Positions 33,739 to 46,162 of a DNA stretch of 64,000 nucleotides are shown piece by piece (the stretch's first letter is position 1; each line of letters opens with the position of its first letter). The translations under genes and the position numbers were made by a program. The DNA lies in contig CP158635.1 in the NCBI GenBank assembly GCA_050273025.1, forward strand, positions 4,092,001 to 4,156,000, read 5' to 3'. Source of the DNA: Cenococcum geophilum. Lineage: Eukaryota. A model generated the notes under the pieces. That model ran no database searches. It had not been told where the DNA came from and was given only the letters and a program-made list of their open reading frames with translations.

Positions 33739-34196
33739 CTTTCTTTGAAGTCGTGCAAGCGTGTAAAGTCGCGGTGATATATGGAAGCGTTGAAATCGCT
33801 GACCGTGTAAAGACATGGTCCATTACTTGCTACAAGAGTTACTGCGCGAACGTAGTATTGTACGGTATACAGCGTTGGCCGTCTTTGATAAGAGATCTGC
33901 CCTCTGGGACGATCTCCTGAGGTGACCAGCCAACAAGCGTCGAATACTTCGTGTGGCGTTAAGCAAGAAATCACAGATTGCAGTGGGAAATGTAGCAAAG
34001 ACGTTTCTTAATTTACGCGAATTGATATTGAAGACATACAACGTAGCGAGTTGGGCCAAGTAAGTTGTCAGGCTCGCGTGCTGAAGGCGATTTTTTGCGG
34101 CCGTTTCGAAGGCAGGGCCCGAATTCAAGCCCGTTCGGCTCAATTGTATTTTACATCCATAATATAACCTTCCCACAAGACCTCACTACTTTGCCG

Positions 34197-34918
34197 CTAA
34201 GTACCACTTGACGTCGCGGACGCAGCACCGAACGTAAAACTCTGAGCCACATCCGCGGTGTTGCAAGCCGCTTGGTCGAGCTTCTGGCCATTGGCGATGG
34301 TCATACAGGTGCCTGGCGCATTGAGAGGTGTCAATGACGGTAGCCCAGCGGAACCATTGAAAGAAAAGAGCTGGGAATTCGTTACTGTTCCGCTGCCGTC
34401 CGCACGACCACCGCAGGAAAAGAGAATCACTTGGTTTCCAGCAGCGCGACGGGGGTCGAAGTTTAAGCAGGCTTGTGTCTAGGAAAATTAGAAAAGCTCG
34501 CTATACCCTTTGAGAATGTGATTTGAGAACTGTAAAGCGAGATTGCTCGGCATACCAATGTACTGACAACCAGCATTGCCCCAAGCTGATCATCGTGCTC
34601 CCCACTGGTAATGACATCCCAGCCCTGACCGGGGCTTCCATTGCAAGTTGTCACTTGCACGGGAGTCAAGTTCGCGCGGAAGTCTCCAGATAACTCATCT
34701 ACGAATAAACATTGGCCGCTTGATGTTATGATGGGGACTGATGAAAATGCCCGAGTGGCAGTATCATCTCGTTTGTGGGCCTCCGCGAAGGCTGCTGGAT
34801 CAAGCTGCGTTACGTTTCGTTTCTCAAGGTTGGCAATGGTTGGAATTGCAAAAGATGAAGCTGATAATGCTAGGATAGCTAACAGCAATGCGCGCGGAAC
34901 CATAGTCCTCCTAGTCAT
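34197..34918 (-). CDS. Small secreted Cys-containing protein, ricin-B/beta-trefoil-like (intron 34479-34555)
   Basis: Signal peptide, KR propeptide sites, GQCLFVD..QGWDV, QACLNFDPRR, three Cys pairs; splicing joins two ORFs in frame. Confidence 0.75.
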
Positions 34919-35703
34919 TAAAAATTCTGAGACGATGCAAGACGCTGGATAGAAATAGGTATAAGATACTGCGCTGCAGGGAAATTTTAAATCTATGAGT
35001 GGATGGAGGAACCAGGGAATGACTGAAGAAACCGGACGGTTAGGGAAAAGACATCGAATAAAAACTTGGAGAAAGGGAAAAAGGCGATCAACACCGTTGC
35101 CAGGTCATATCTCCAAAAAGCAGAGCAAAAAAGGACTTTATACTCAATTTCCAAAAATAAAGTTAGAGCAGGATCTATGGCGTTACGTCAAACAACTAAA
35201 GACCGTGGTGGAGCTGTTTTAATGTAGACAATGGCATTCCGCGCAACGCCAAGAACATCTCAAGATTTGGCTCGGAGGATTACCAGGAATAGGTTTGTTG
35301 TATTCGTTTCGAAATCCTAGATCCAGTACGGTCAAGTGATTGTCGTTGAACCCCCCGTTTGTTCAGCGCTTAGGCGCCTGCTCGTCTGGCCCCCTGAAAC
35401 AGGAACGGTTTGGCCCCTTGCCCCCACGACTGGCATCGCAGCGCTATATACAAATAGCTAGATCCGAAAAGGACCTCTTAAGGGTACTTTTTTTTTTTTG
35501 GCTGCCTATGTAGGAGGCGTGCTTACTAGTCTTACGAGGCCATACACGTTGTTGCATCAGCTCCACTTGCCAAATGTAGCTTAGCGAAAATTTACGGTTG
35601 TCTTGGAGTTGGATCTCCCAACCACAATACTAACAAGCACATCAGCAACCAGTGTTTACTCATGTCAAGTCCATCCCCATCTCCGTGAAATATGCTTGAG
35701 GGT

Positions 35704-36413
35704 ATGGTAGGGGTAGGAGGCCGGTCTAAAGCATGCGAATCATGTCGCCGGCGGCGCATTAAATGCGGATAGTGACATCACTGCAAGGAAGTCACGTTCC
35801 TGTCTTTGAGTGGGCGCTAGCTAACTATATGTGGGAACGACTGTAGATGAGAAGCGCCCAAGTTGTTTGGGATTTATCAAAAGCAAGCTCAGCTGTGGAG
35901 GATATCGTGAGATGAGGTTTCCAATTCAGTGGCCATACGAGCACCAATCAACCTTTGTCCCCATCACAACATTCAGACTCACCTACGAAAATCAACGAAA
36001 CTCCTTGCAATCCTTCTGCCACAACACAACGCACTGCATCCCCTCTAGGCTGGCCTTCGTTAGGAGTCTTGTCTTCCGTTCCGCCTGGCGTTATCCTGTC
36101 GTCCTTTCGGGTCAATATTTATGTATCGTACACGATGGCAAATTTACTAAGCGGAATCAGCTATGATGGAGACCAGCCGGTGAGGTCAGAAATTTCTGAG
36201 CAGCAGCTTTTAGCCGAACGTTGCTTCTTATCACTTGCAACAACATATTTCGGAAGCCAGCGCAGGCAGAGTAGTATTACTCGAAAAGGTCTCCAGCTAT
36301 ATGGTCTCGCACTAAAAGATCTAAACAAGGCATTGAATAACTCATCTCAGCATAGATCTCTGGATCTTAATTCAGTGGTGACTATGGCTTCATTTGAAGT
36401 AGGTGTGCACTAA
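35704..36413 (+). pseudogene. Truncated Zn2Cys6 transcription factor
   Basis: MVGVGGRSKACESCRRRRIKC|DEKRPSCLGFIKSKLSC: the fifth Cys is replaced by F, the intron donor is non-canonical, a frameshift follows, and there is a GLQLYGLALKDLNKAL remnant. Confidence 0.7.
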
Positions 36414-37104
36414 TAAACTCCTCGGCGAGCTCGAGCCTGAATACCGAATTTCTTTTGGGGTTCGTGTTGGGGTCAAGGTCATGGTCATACGGGTACGAAG
36501 CAATATGACACATTTAGCGATCTTACTGCTCAGTCTCTAAGCTAGAGTGAGGGCTGAGTCGTAGTTGTTAAATTACCTTGCAGTTGTATGCGCGGTTAAG
36601 CCATTGTGAAATTATGTTAGTGTAAACGTCCAGTGGCCTGAGCCACCTGCGTCACCATCCTAAATTTCGTCTGGTGCCACCGTTGCGTCCAGTTCTAATC
36701 TCACCCCCAGGAACCTCTTTGGGCTCTTTGGGGCCCTCAGAAGCCTTAGAAATACTTTCTTTGCAAAATAACGCGCGCAACAATTTGTACCCATTCTATT
36801 AATAAAGGTTTTTCTTCCATCTCACAGCTGAGCCGAAGTAAGCGGACTGAGAACGCCAATAGTTTTAGGAAATAAGCCAAGAAAAAGCTTCGTAAACACT
36901 TGAGTGTCTGGGCTTCAGTTTATTAGAGATACGAATCCGGGTGCTCTGTTTTCCATCCACTTGGGCCCCCATTAAGCTTACATGCAGTCATTGCAAAGGG
37001 TAGATCTCAGCGCTACTCCCACAAGCTTCTTCTTGAAGCCTACACTACAGCCACAATCTCGCCTTGGCCTTGGCCTTCGTCTCTTGTATAAAATAAAACT
37101 AATT

Positions 37105-39330
37105 ATGGCAATAGGAGGCGGCTCGTCAAGAGCAATAGGATACTCTAACGGAACTCCCCAACTAAGCTGCGAATTGTGCCGCGAACGCAAGGTCAAATGC
37201 GACAAACTCAGTCCCTGTACCAACTGCAGCAAAGCAGGAGTAGCTTGTATACCCGTTCGTCGCAAGAGATTTCCCAGAGGTCGACACGTACACAATCCTT
37301 ACTTTGGAAATGACCTGAGAGATCGAATTGGAAGGCTAGAAGCGCTAATATCCAATTTGGACTCTACTGGGGCTTTGCCGACATCACCCTCCATCCAATC
37401 ATCAGAACAGGTAAGGACACCATTTAAGCACACTGCTGAAATGCAAATCTTGCTAATTCTTGGCTAACAGGTTTCCAGTGCCGATGAATTATCATGTATT
37501 AGGGTCAGAGCAAGTCCAGGGAGCGGAAGCTCATTGACTCCCACCCGGCATAAGACGCCAAAGGAAACCGGTGCGGGAATGTACATGGCCAAACATTTTT
37601 GGGGAGACCTTGTTGAAGAGGTAAATACCGCGCCATGATTTAAATGGCCTCATGCTACACATTTGGCGTAGAAACCTAATATGACGTAGGTTCGTGGGCT
37701 GCGCGGTATCATAGATCAGCCAGCTGATGGCGACGAAAACCATGATAACAATCCGCACAGTGGTCAGCATCCACACCACAGCATCAGTAGCAGCATTATT
37801 GGAATCGGTGCTAGTCATACTGGGCCAGTGAGATTCTTTGTTTCTGATTCCTAGTATTTCGGCCTGTGTCTACGACTTGCCGCTGGCTTTACCAGGCCCA
37901 TCTCCGCCAAGAACATCCAATCATAAAGACAATATGGTCCACCATTGAAGCGGTTCATGCTGGACGGTAAGTCATACTTGGGATACGAAGAAGGCCATTT
38001 TGCGGTCGAAGCCTTGAGTTCTGCCGTATGCTACCCAGCCACCAGTAGCATGACTGAAGAACGATGCTAATCAATGTTTCACGCAAGCAGGACTTCTGTT
38101 AGCGCCGACCATCGGGTAGCTTGCGAAGGGACGTTTGAGCCAGCAGGCTTCATCACAACTAAAGATATCACTATCCTACAAGCCTTTGTCCTATATCTGG
38201 TAAGTAAATTGATCATATCACACAAATCCTACTTATCAACGATGAACTTCACGCAATGACTGACGTCTACCTGATTTACAAAGATTGCCACTCGCATGCA
38301 GGAGCAGAGCCGTGGTGTCTGGACCTTGGTATCCGTCGTCGTCAGGATTGCTCGAACGCTTTCCCTACACATGGATGATCATATACCATCTGAATCCTTC
38401 TTCAAGCAGCAGGTGCGGAAGCGCCTTTGATACACCATCTGTTTGCTGGATCTGTAAACTTCATTTGATCAAGCCTCAGAGCCTCTTATTACCCCCGAGT
38501 CGCCCCGCCTAGGATGCCCAAAAACGTGAATGATGCAGAATTTGAACCAAAATTCGACGGCGATCTGCTAGATAGAGAAGGCTTAATGGACATAACATCT
38601 ACACTAATAGCTTATTGCGCGCAAGCAAATGGTAAAATATTAAATTTTATTCCTACTAGTGAGACGGCAAAGAGCCCCTTGGGCGCCACGTACAACTGGG
38701 AAGCCCGCCAGGGTTACGTTGAGAACTTTGAGCAAAATACAATAAAGCTTCTACAAAATCGTGAACCTAGTGCGAGCCCTTATGCATGGCTTGCATTCCA
38801 CCGGTCTCAGGCTATGGTTGCTGCAACGAAGCTATCCGCTCTCCGCCCGCTGCACCGTGCTGGCAGTGGAGCACCACCGTGAGTTCAAGGAAGCACTCAC
38901 ATCCCGGAATTTATCAGCAAGCGTTCTGGAAGAGGCTTACCTAATAAAGACCGACCCACGCGGCCAGAGCTTCAGATGGTATGTTGTCCTTCAATGGCAT
39001 GCCTTTGCCATTGCCATTGCAGAGTGCTACGCGTGCAATGATGCTGCGCTAGTGAGGCGGCTTTGGCCGTTGATCGAAGCATCTTTTGAGCACCACAGTA
39101 ATTACATTGTCGAATATGGGTAGGGCGTGTTTTGGAGGCATATGGAGAGGCTTATGGGACGAACAGGAGGCAAAGTCGCCGCTATTTTGTTGCCCGGCAA
39201 CAAATTAAGCCAGGATCATGTTGTGAGGAGCTTTCGCAGCTGGTTCAAGAACCAGTTCTTGTCCCAATGACGACAAGATCCAGCTTTGCCGAGTGCATTT
39301 CTCCAATACGGATGACTTTACAGCAGATGC
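37105..39330 (+). pseudogene. Zn2Cys6 transcription factor with fungal-specific TF domain; multiple stops and frameshifts
   Basis: [22 protein letters not shown]; fragments DITILQAFVLYL, MPKNVNDAEF, FRWYVVLQWHA interrupted by TAA/TGA. Confidence 0.8.
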
Positions 39331-40221
39331 CCATGTGTCCCAATTTCACGATAGCCGGAACCGTGGACATGACAATAATCAATTATATAAGGCGCCAAGG
39401 GCATAAAGATATTTTTTTTATAAAAAAAAAACCCAACGGCTTGGCAACAACTTTAACTATGCTTTAGTTAAAGAGATAAAATTACTGAAATTAGTTCTAA
39501 TCGTGGGAAGTCTTGAGATGACAATATTTGAGTTAAAAATATATGACACTAGAATTAATCCCCTTTTCCTCTCCGCAAAACGTTTTGTTATGCCTCCTGT
39601 GTGTAAGTTGCAATTTCCAGGCTTAATCGACGGACAATCAGAAACTTCCTTGCCTAGTCCGAAAAAAACAGGAGCCCGTGTAACACAACCTAATTCATCA
39701 TGTGACGGACGGTTTCCGAAATATGGCCCTACGTGAGCTACATGAACGCTTCTTTTCACTGATCATAGCGAGAAGTGAAGCTATCAGAGATTGGCATGCA
39801 TTGAAAATGATAGGAATGGTAGCTCACACTACACCTTTGCTCCCATATTGTTGTGGTGTTCATGTTAGTGAAAACGCGACCAATGAACGTCGTTGCTATG
39901 GGACGGCTGACAAAGCTTAGCGCGAAAGTCGAGCATTGACATCGCCAGTCCATGCCAGCCAACAACAATCACAAACCGCACTTCCAGTGTGAGTCAAACA
40001 CCATATTCGAGTTAATTTTTCCTCTCATTCACCCAATCTTGTGCTGGTGGTGGTGCCAGGTCATCTCGATCCTCATTTGAGCCAGCATGTTTTAAGCTTT
40101 CTGCTAGTAACGCCCTGACGTGTAGCAAGTCGCGTGCAAAGCTGTTCACTGTGCCCCTCCCTCTCTCAACTCTTCTACCTCCTCCACAGCAGGCATACAT
40201 TGCCGCTGAATATCCTTACGC

Positions 40222-42303
40222 ATGGCAGCAGTATCGATACCTCCCTCACCTCAGGTTCTCTCCAACATGACGGGTCGACGAGTGCCTCTGGCGAACGTTC
40301 CCAACGCCACAAACTCACCCTTCCGAGCCGTCGCCGCGGCTGCTACCAAAAGACAGCGATCATACGCCAGCGACCAGCGCGAACTAACATATGGCCAGCC
40401 ACCACCAGCTAAGAAGCAAATGGTTGAAGTTGACGATGCGGAGGCTCGTCGCAATGGTCTCGTCCGGAAAAGTGGCTACAATCCTCCGAACGCCTTTCAA
40501 AGAAGGCTAGAGGCAGTTCGAGATACTAAGGCGCATGCAAAGCCTTTAGAGAAGACCCAAAGAGCCACAAGTGAGAACCTGGAGACCATACGACAATGGC
40601 AAAAGCATTACAGAAAGATGTTCCCACAGTTCGTCTTCTACTTCGAGAGCATTACGGAGGATGTCCGTAGCAGAGTATCAAGGCAAGCACAGCTGCTTGG
40701 TGCTGTAGGTCACTCTTCATGTTGCCAAAAGTTGTGTCTAGTATAGATGCTAAGAATACTTCATACAGCGCGAAGAAAAGTTTTTCTCTAAAGCAGTAAC
40801 ACATGTCGTTACAACGCGTCCGATACCCCCCGAAATCGATACCTCCAGCTCTGCAGGAGCTCACGCACTCTCATCTAATACTGGCTCTCACGGCAATAAT
40901 GGTCAGTCTCGGACCATTAACCCATCAGTTCTTGATCGCTCCGCAGAATCCCAAAGTCAGATACAGCAACTGAAAGGAAGATTCACATTTGAAGCTCCGT
41001 CACATAAGGGTAATAATGGTGACATTCTCTACAAGGCCAGAGAAATGGGTATGAAGATTTGGTCAGCAGAGAAACTTCAACGAATGCTGAATACCATGTT
41101 TAATACCGATACTGGGGAACAACTACCGGATGTCAGCAATACGCGTCGCCACGGTACTACTCTTGCACAGTTGAAGGCTGGACGGGAAGCCGATCTTCAA
41201 CAAATGCTGCAAAATGAAAAAGTCAATGGACCGGCCGACCGAGATCTGACAGTGGCGACCCAGGAGATGGTTCAATTACGCGGATACTACATCTACATTC
41301 ACGACATGGATGAGAAGACTCGACCGGTTATGGTTAGGGAGTATCCCAAAACAGCGACTAAAGAGGAGGGCAAGTGGCCGCAGTTTCGAGTTACGGGCCC
41401 TGGAAAGTGTCCATTTCTTGAGGATACCAGTCACATGAAGCGTGTACAAGAAGAGCAACAGGAGGCTAAAGCCGAGAAAGCTTCAGCCGCAGCTCCTAGG
41501 ACGTGTGCTGCTGCTTTAGAGGCTGCGAAGGACAACGGCTCGGCAAGCGTCGGTGAAAGGCGAGCGTTGGGTGAGAACAACAACTTGGCAAGACGTCCGA
41601 CAAGCGCCGCCGGACAGGCAGGAAACATCCAGAATGCGTCTAAGCCCTTGGACCCACCGAAGCTGATTCCAACCAAGAGAGGGAATCCAGACAGCATGCC
41701 GCCGCTCTTCGGAAGTGCTCAAGCCAGTATTCGGGCCCTACCTAGGTTTGCTGGCGGCGAACCAGTTGCTTCAGGAATTCAGCCATCGAACATTACCTCT
41801 GCCATCAGGTCACAGATGATTTCATCCACTGCTGCGGCTCCTGGAGCCCGAGCAGGAACCAGCAAGGAAGTACATCAGCTGAAGAGAAAAGTCCTAGAAA
41901 AGAACAGCGCACATTCAGCAAACAGTGTGCCATCATCATATATGAATGACGTTAGAGCGGCGATCAATGATTGTGGACCACTACGGGTAGCAAAACGGAA
42001 GGCCCAAGAGACTCTTGCAAATATTCACGAAGATATGACTCTATCCGAGGAGGAGAAGAATATTCGAAAGATAGTAACCGTTCGCCGGCAGAAGACCTCA
42101 GAGAAGGAACTTAAGCCTGGCTTCTGCGAGAACTGTAGAGAGAAATTTAATGACTTTGATGAGGTACGCATCCTCCCATTGATTGTTTTACGCAGCTAAC
42201 TCTGTTATAGCATATTGTATCTCGCAAACACCGCAAATTCGCTTTAACTCCAGGAAACTGGAGAGATCTAGATAACCTTCTGAGCCATCTAGTACGTCGA
42301 TGA
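40222..42303 (+). CDS. DBF4: Cdc7 kinase regulatory subunit Dbf4/Dfp1/NimO (introns 40705-40768, 42164-42210)
   Basis: WQKHYRKMFPQFVFYF..REEKFFSKAVTHVVTTR (motif N), YIYIHDMDEKTRPVMVREY (motif M), KPGFCENCREKF..HIVSRKHRKFA (Zn finger). Confidence 0.95.
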
Positions 42304-43027
42304 CCCTGTGCAAACAGTCTTCGACCAATTTCAGACGGCTGTTTGCAATTCCAGCATAGACTTTATCCATCATATTCCACAAGTGTGCGAACCGCTTATA
42401 CACTGGCGTCCTGTTTCATATATCTTTTATTCACTTCATTCGAGTCCTCCGGCATATGGAAGCGTGTTCACGTTGCGAATACCCTACTACACTGCATTTC
42501 CATGGCGACTTGCTGCATTTTCCGAGGTGCATTATTTTCTCGTGGGTGCGTGGCTTGGCTGTTATAAGTGCGTGTATGATGTTATGGGCTGCATGAGCTT
42601 TCGCTTTGCTAGTGGTACCCTACAAAGTAGCTGTAGATACTTGTTAGCCTGCTACTTGATGTTGGCGTGGCCGGGAGATGTTAGAGCGAAGAACCTATCA
42701 TCGTCGGCATAGCTTAGAGCTAGTGAGCTAAAATATGTAGTGTCTTATAAATATTCCGAGAGAAACAGCAATATTTGCTAAATCTCCATATACTCATCTG
42801 AGATAAAAGCGGGTTAGGAATTGTGATCATTCACCAAGTTGAAATTCAGCCCTACGAAGCATGACGGGGGATGAATTCTAGGCTCCACTTCCATTAAATC
42901 GCAGGCGAACCTCAACGTCACATCTACAACAAAAAGAACATAGAAGAGAATCAGTCATTACCCTAACTTCATCCCTTACTCTGCCTCCATCCTCTTTTGT
43001 TCTCCTCCTAAGAACCTTATCATAATC

Positions 43028-43811
43028 ATGGCCTCCGCACCATCAGAAATACAAACGCCACCTCCCGCACCCATTTCGGACGACGAAGACACGGCCGCCG
43101 ACCTTCCCCTTACGATGGCCGCATCCGTCGTCCTGACATCGCTCCCGCGCGACGCAGCCAAAGCACTCGAGGGAGCGGGCGAGCTGAAGCAGGACAAGGG
43201 TATATACTTTGTGCCCTTTTCGTATTCCAGCCTTGACCTGCCCGTCTGGCGTCCGCGCCCGCTGATGGCGTCCCCATCCTTTTCCGCCCGTCCTTCAAAT
43301 CCGCCCCGCAGCGGTGTCCAGAATTTCGTCTCCATGTGCTTTCCCTTTTATATATTTCCTAATTAGTTATTTCTATCTTTTTCTCGTTTCTGTTGTCTTT
43401 TCCGCCCCCTCTCGCCTAGGCTGGCTTAGCCAGCCCCTGTTGGTGGAGGGGCTATCTCGCTGATATCGGCCTGCCGCAGTGACGGTGCGCTTCCAACCCG
43501 TGGGTTCGGCGCCGCACCTGCAGCAGCGCGTCTTCAAGGTGTCATCGGCGCAGCGCTTCGAGACGGTGGTGCGGTTCCTGCGGCGGAGGCTGGGGGTCCG
43601 AGATAGCGACAGCGTGTTTTGTTACGTGAACAGCGTGTTTGCGCCGGGCTTGGACGAAGGCATTGGGAATTTGTGGCGGGTGAGTTGGCTGATGCTATTA
43701 GTTATGTTTGTGGGACTGAAGGGCTGGCTGAAGCTGACTTTTATGCGGTAGTGTTTCAAAACGAAAGATGAGCTTGTGGTGGCGTATTCGATTACACCGG
43801 CTTTTGGGTAA
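43028..43811 (+). CDS. ATG12: Ubiquitin-like autophagy protein Atg12 (introns 43200-43479, 43680-43751)
   Basis: [45 protein letters not shown]. Confidence 0.95.
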
Positions 43812-44056
43812 TGAGATGTCCTAGGTACGATGTTCCTGAGTGGGGAGATGCTAGTGGTAACAATCACGAGTCTCAAGTGAAGAAGATATTGGTAAGGATG
43901 GGTTATAAGCATCTACTTTCTTATTACTAAGACTTGGTAGAGCCTAAGCATCTATTGGAGCTGGAACGCTAAAACAAAGACCGCCTACAAACATAAAATT
44001 TGCCCAAATATATTGGATGAAAATCATCCAATTGCAGAACATCAGTATGGATATGA

Positions 44057-45151
44057 TTACTCCGGTTCCAGTCCCGTCCTATTCTCTCCAATCAGCCTTT
44101 CAAATTCAGATAGTTCTTCCTTGGGCATCGGGTAGGTGTGTTCGGTTGCAGGGTATGCTCGGCTTTTCACATCCTCTTTATATGCCTGGATGGCACGCAT
44201 GCTTTCACCCCACACATCACCGTACTTTTTGACAAATTTGGGTAGGAATCGGCCAGGAGGAAAGTTGCCGGACATGTCCACTTGAACTAGAACCTGTCCT
44301 GAACATCCATTACCAGCACCGATGCCAATAGTAGGGATACTGAGCTTCTTAGTGACAATACTAGCAACTTCTGCAGGAACAGCTTCCAGAACCACAGCAA
44401 AGGCGCCAGCTTCTTGCACGGCAAAAGCATCGTTAAGAAGCTTGAGAGCGCCGGCGGTGGATTTGCCTTGTACGCGGAATCCACCAAGGGAGTTCTGGCG
44501 TTGCGGGGTGAGGCCAACGTGGGCAAGTACAGGTATGCCGGCGCGAGTTATTTTTGCGATTGTCGGTGCCATTTCAATACCGCCTTCCAGCTTTACGCTC
44601 TTGACTCGGCCTTCCTTGATCATGCGGATGGCGGACTCGAGGGCCTGCTCGGGAGCGATTTCATAGGTGCCCATGGGGAGGTCGCCAACCTGAGGGAGTA
44701 ATTTAGTAAATGGTCTTTGTGGAAGGATATCAGGATAGTGACATACTGTAAAAGCAGACTTTGTAGCTCTAGCAACAGAGCGGCAGTGTAGCAGCATCTC
44801 TTCCATCAGCACCTCACTTGTGTCCTCCATGCCCAAGGCTACCATGGCCAGGCTGTCGCCAACCAGCATCATGTCCATACCAGCATGGTCGGCGACGTGA
44901 GCGCTCGGGAAGTCGTGGGCCGTCATCACAGTAATAGGCTCATTTTTGCGGTATAGCGACTGCAGGGTATTTATTGTGACTGGCTTGCGGACTTGCGCTG
45001 GAGCAGCGCCCAAAGGGGAGTGTGAGCTCTGCCTAGCCTGAGCGAGCGGTAGCAATGCGCGCGAGGCTGCGATCGGCAGGGAGGACCGCCATGAGGGCGA
45101 CCATAAGATGCGTGAGGATGTTGGGATGAGTTGGGTCAAGGCACGCGACAT
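44057..45151 (-). CDS. ECM31: 3-methyl-2-oxobutanoate hydroxymethyltransferase (57-nt intron 44690-44746)
   Basis: LVGDSLAM, GDLPMG, VKLEGG, HVGLTPQ, IGIGAG; N-terminus resembles a mitochondrial presequence. Confidence 0.95.
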   Translation of the reverse strand: MSRALTQLIPTSSRILWSPSWRSSLPIAASRALLPLAQARQSSHSPLGAAPAQVRKPVTINTLQSLYRKNEPITVMTAHDFPSAHVADHAGMDMMLVGDSLAMVALGMEDTSEVLMEEMLLHCRSVARATKSAFTVCHYPDILPQRPFTKLLPQVGDLPMGTYEIAPEQALESAIRMIKEGRVKSVKLEGGIEMAPTIAKITRAGIPVLAHVGLTPQRQNSLGGFRVQGKSTAGALKLLNDAFAVQEAGAFAVVLEAVPAEVASIVTKKLSIPTIGIGAGNGCSGQVLVQVDMSGNFPPGRFLPKFVKKYGDVWGESMRAIQAYKEDVKSRAYPATEHTYPMPKEELSEFERLIGENRTGLEPE

Positions 45152-46162
45152 GGCGGCGACGGGCGAAAATGCAGAGTTCTGGTGATTCTGCGAGATTGCC
45201 AGAGGAGGCGAGAGGAGTCAGACAGTCAGCCATTGTGGTAGCGGTGAAAGAGCTTTTAAGTGTCTTGTTCGTGATGTTTTCTGCTGCGCAGAGCAGAGAA
45301 CGAAGGTGGAGAGCGAGCCGTGGTTTTTTTTGGTTCAACCATTTGCCTTCGCTCCGACGCTGACTACGGAGAAGGCTGTCAGCATCTTGCACGAACCGTG
45401 GACCTCGGTCTCCTTTGCGAAGGTCCGATGTCGATGACTCTGGGGCCGCGTACAGGTAGTTAGAGGTAGTCTGGGGATAATATCTGGAGATATATGCACC
45501 TGTTGGACAGTCTGGAGATCTTGTGGTGTGTTGAAGCGGCGCCCCTGCTTCTTGTTGCGTCTGCGGGCGCTACCGAGAAGAGCAACGCCGCATCTGCGTA
45601 CCCTCAGCCCTTGAAACTAACATCACTCAGCGTACACAGTCTAGAATTGTTTTAATATTTTAATAAAAGCATTCTACTCACTGCGAATAAGATAACTTCG
45701 GACTGAAACGCTCCCATCTCCACGTGATGAATCGTAGGCCTTTATGCCTATAGTGGCGGTACACGTCCCTACCAAACCGGGAATGAGGGGAATGACTTCG
45801 CTGGCGCGCTGCTTGCGTGACTGCCCGCCACCATGACCAGACATCCTTCCCTGCAGTCCACCGCTTCAGCCTCTGCTTCAACATCTTCCTCTTCTGATTT
45901 GAAGTCGCTTCCTGTACGCTCCAGCCTCTCACTACAGCCATCTCACTCGCTCCAGCAGTCTGTGACGTAGCAACCCCGCCAACAAAGCACCCCTCCCCCG
46001 CTTAACAACCACAACATCGCATCAGAAAGTCGACAGCTCCTTCGTTCGGCCTTCCAGTCTGAGCAGAGTCATCCAGGTCTAAGGAAGAGCCTTCACTCGT
46101 ATCGCAAAATCCAGTGCCAGGAAGTCCACTGGTGGAGAAGTGGATTTAGAACAACCAGCAAG

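Noticed and set aside
39356..39720. Weak inverted similarity around an AT-rich patch at the 3' end of the TF pseudogene
   Set aside because: Arms too degenerate and no TSD.
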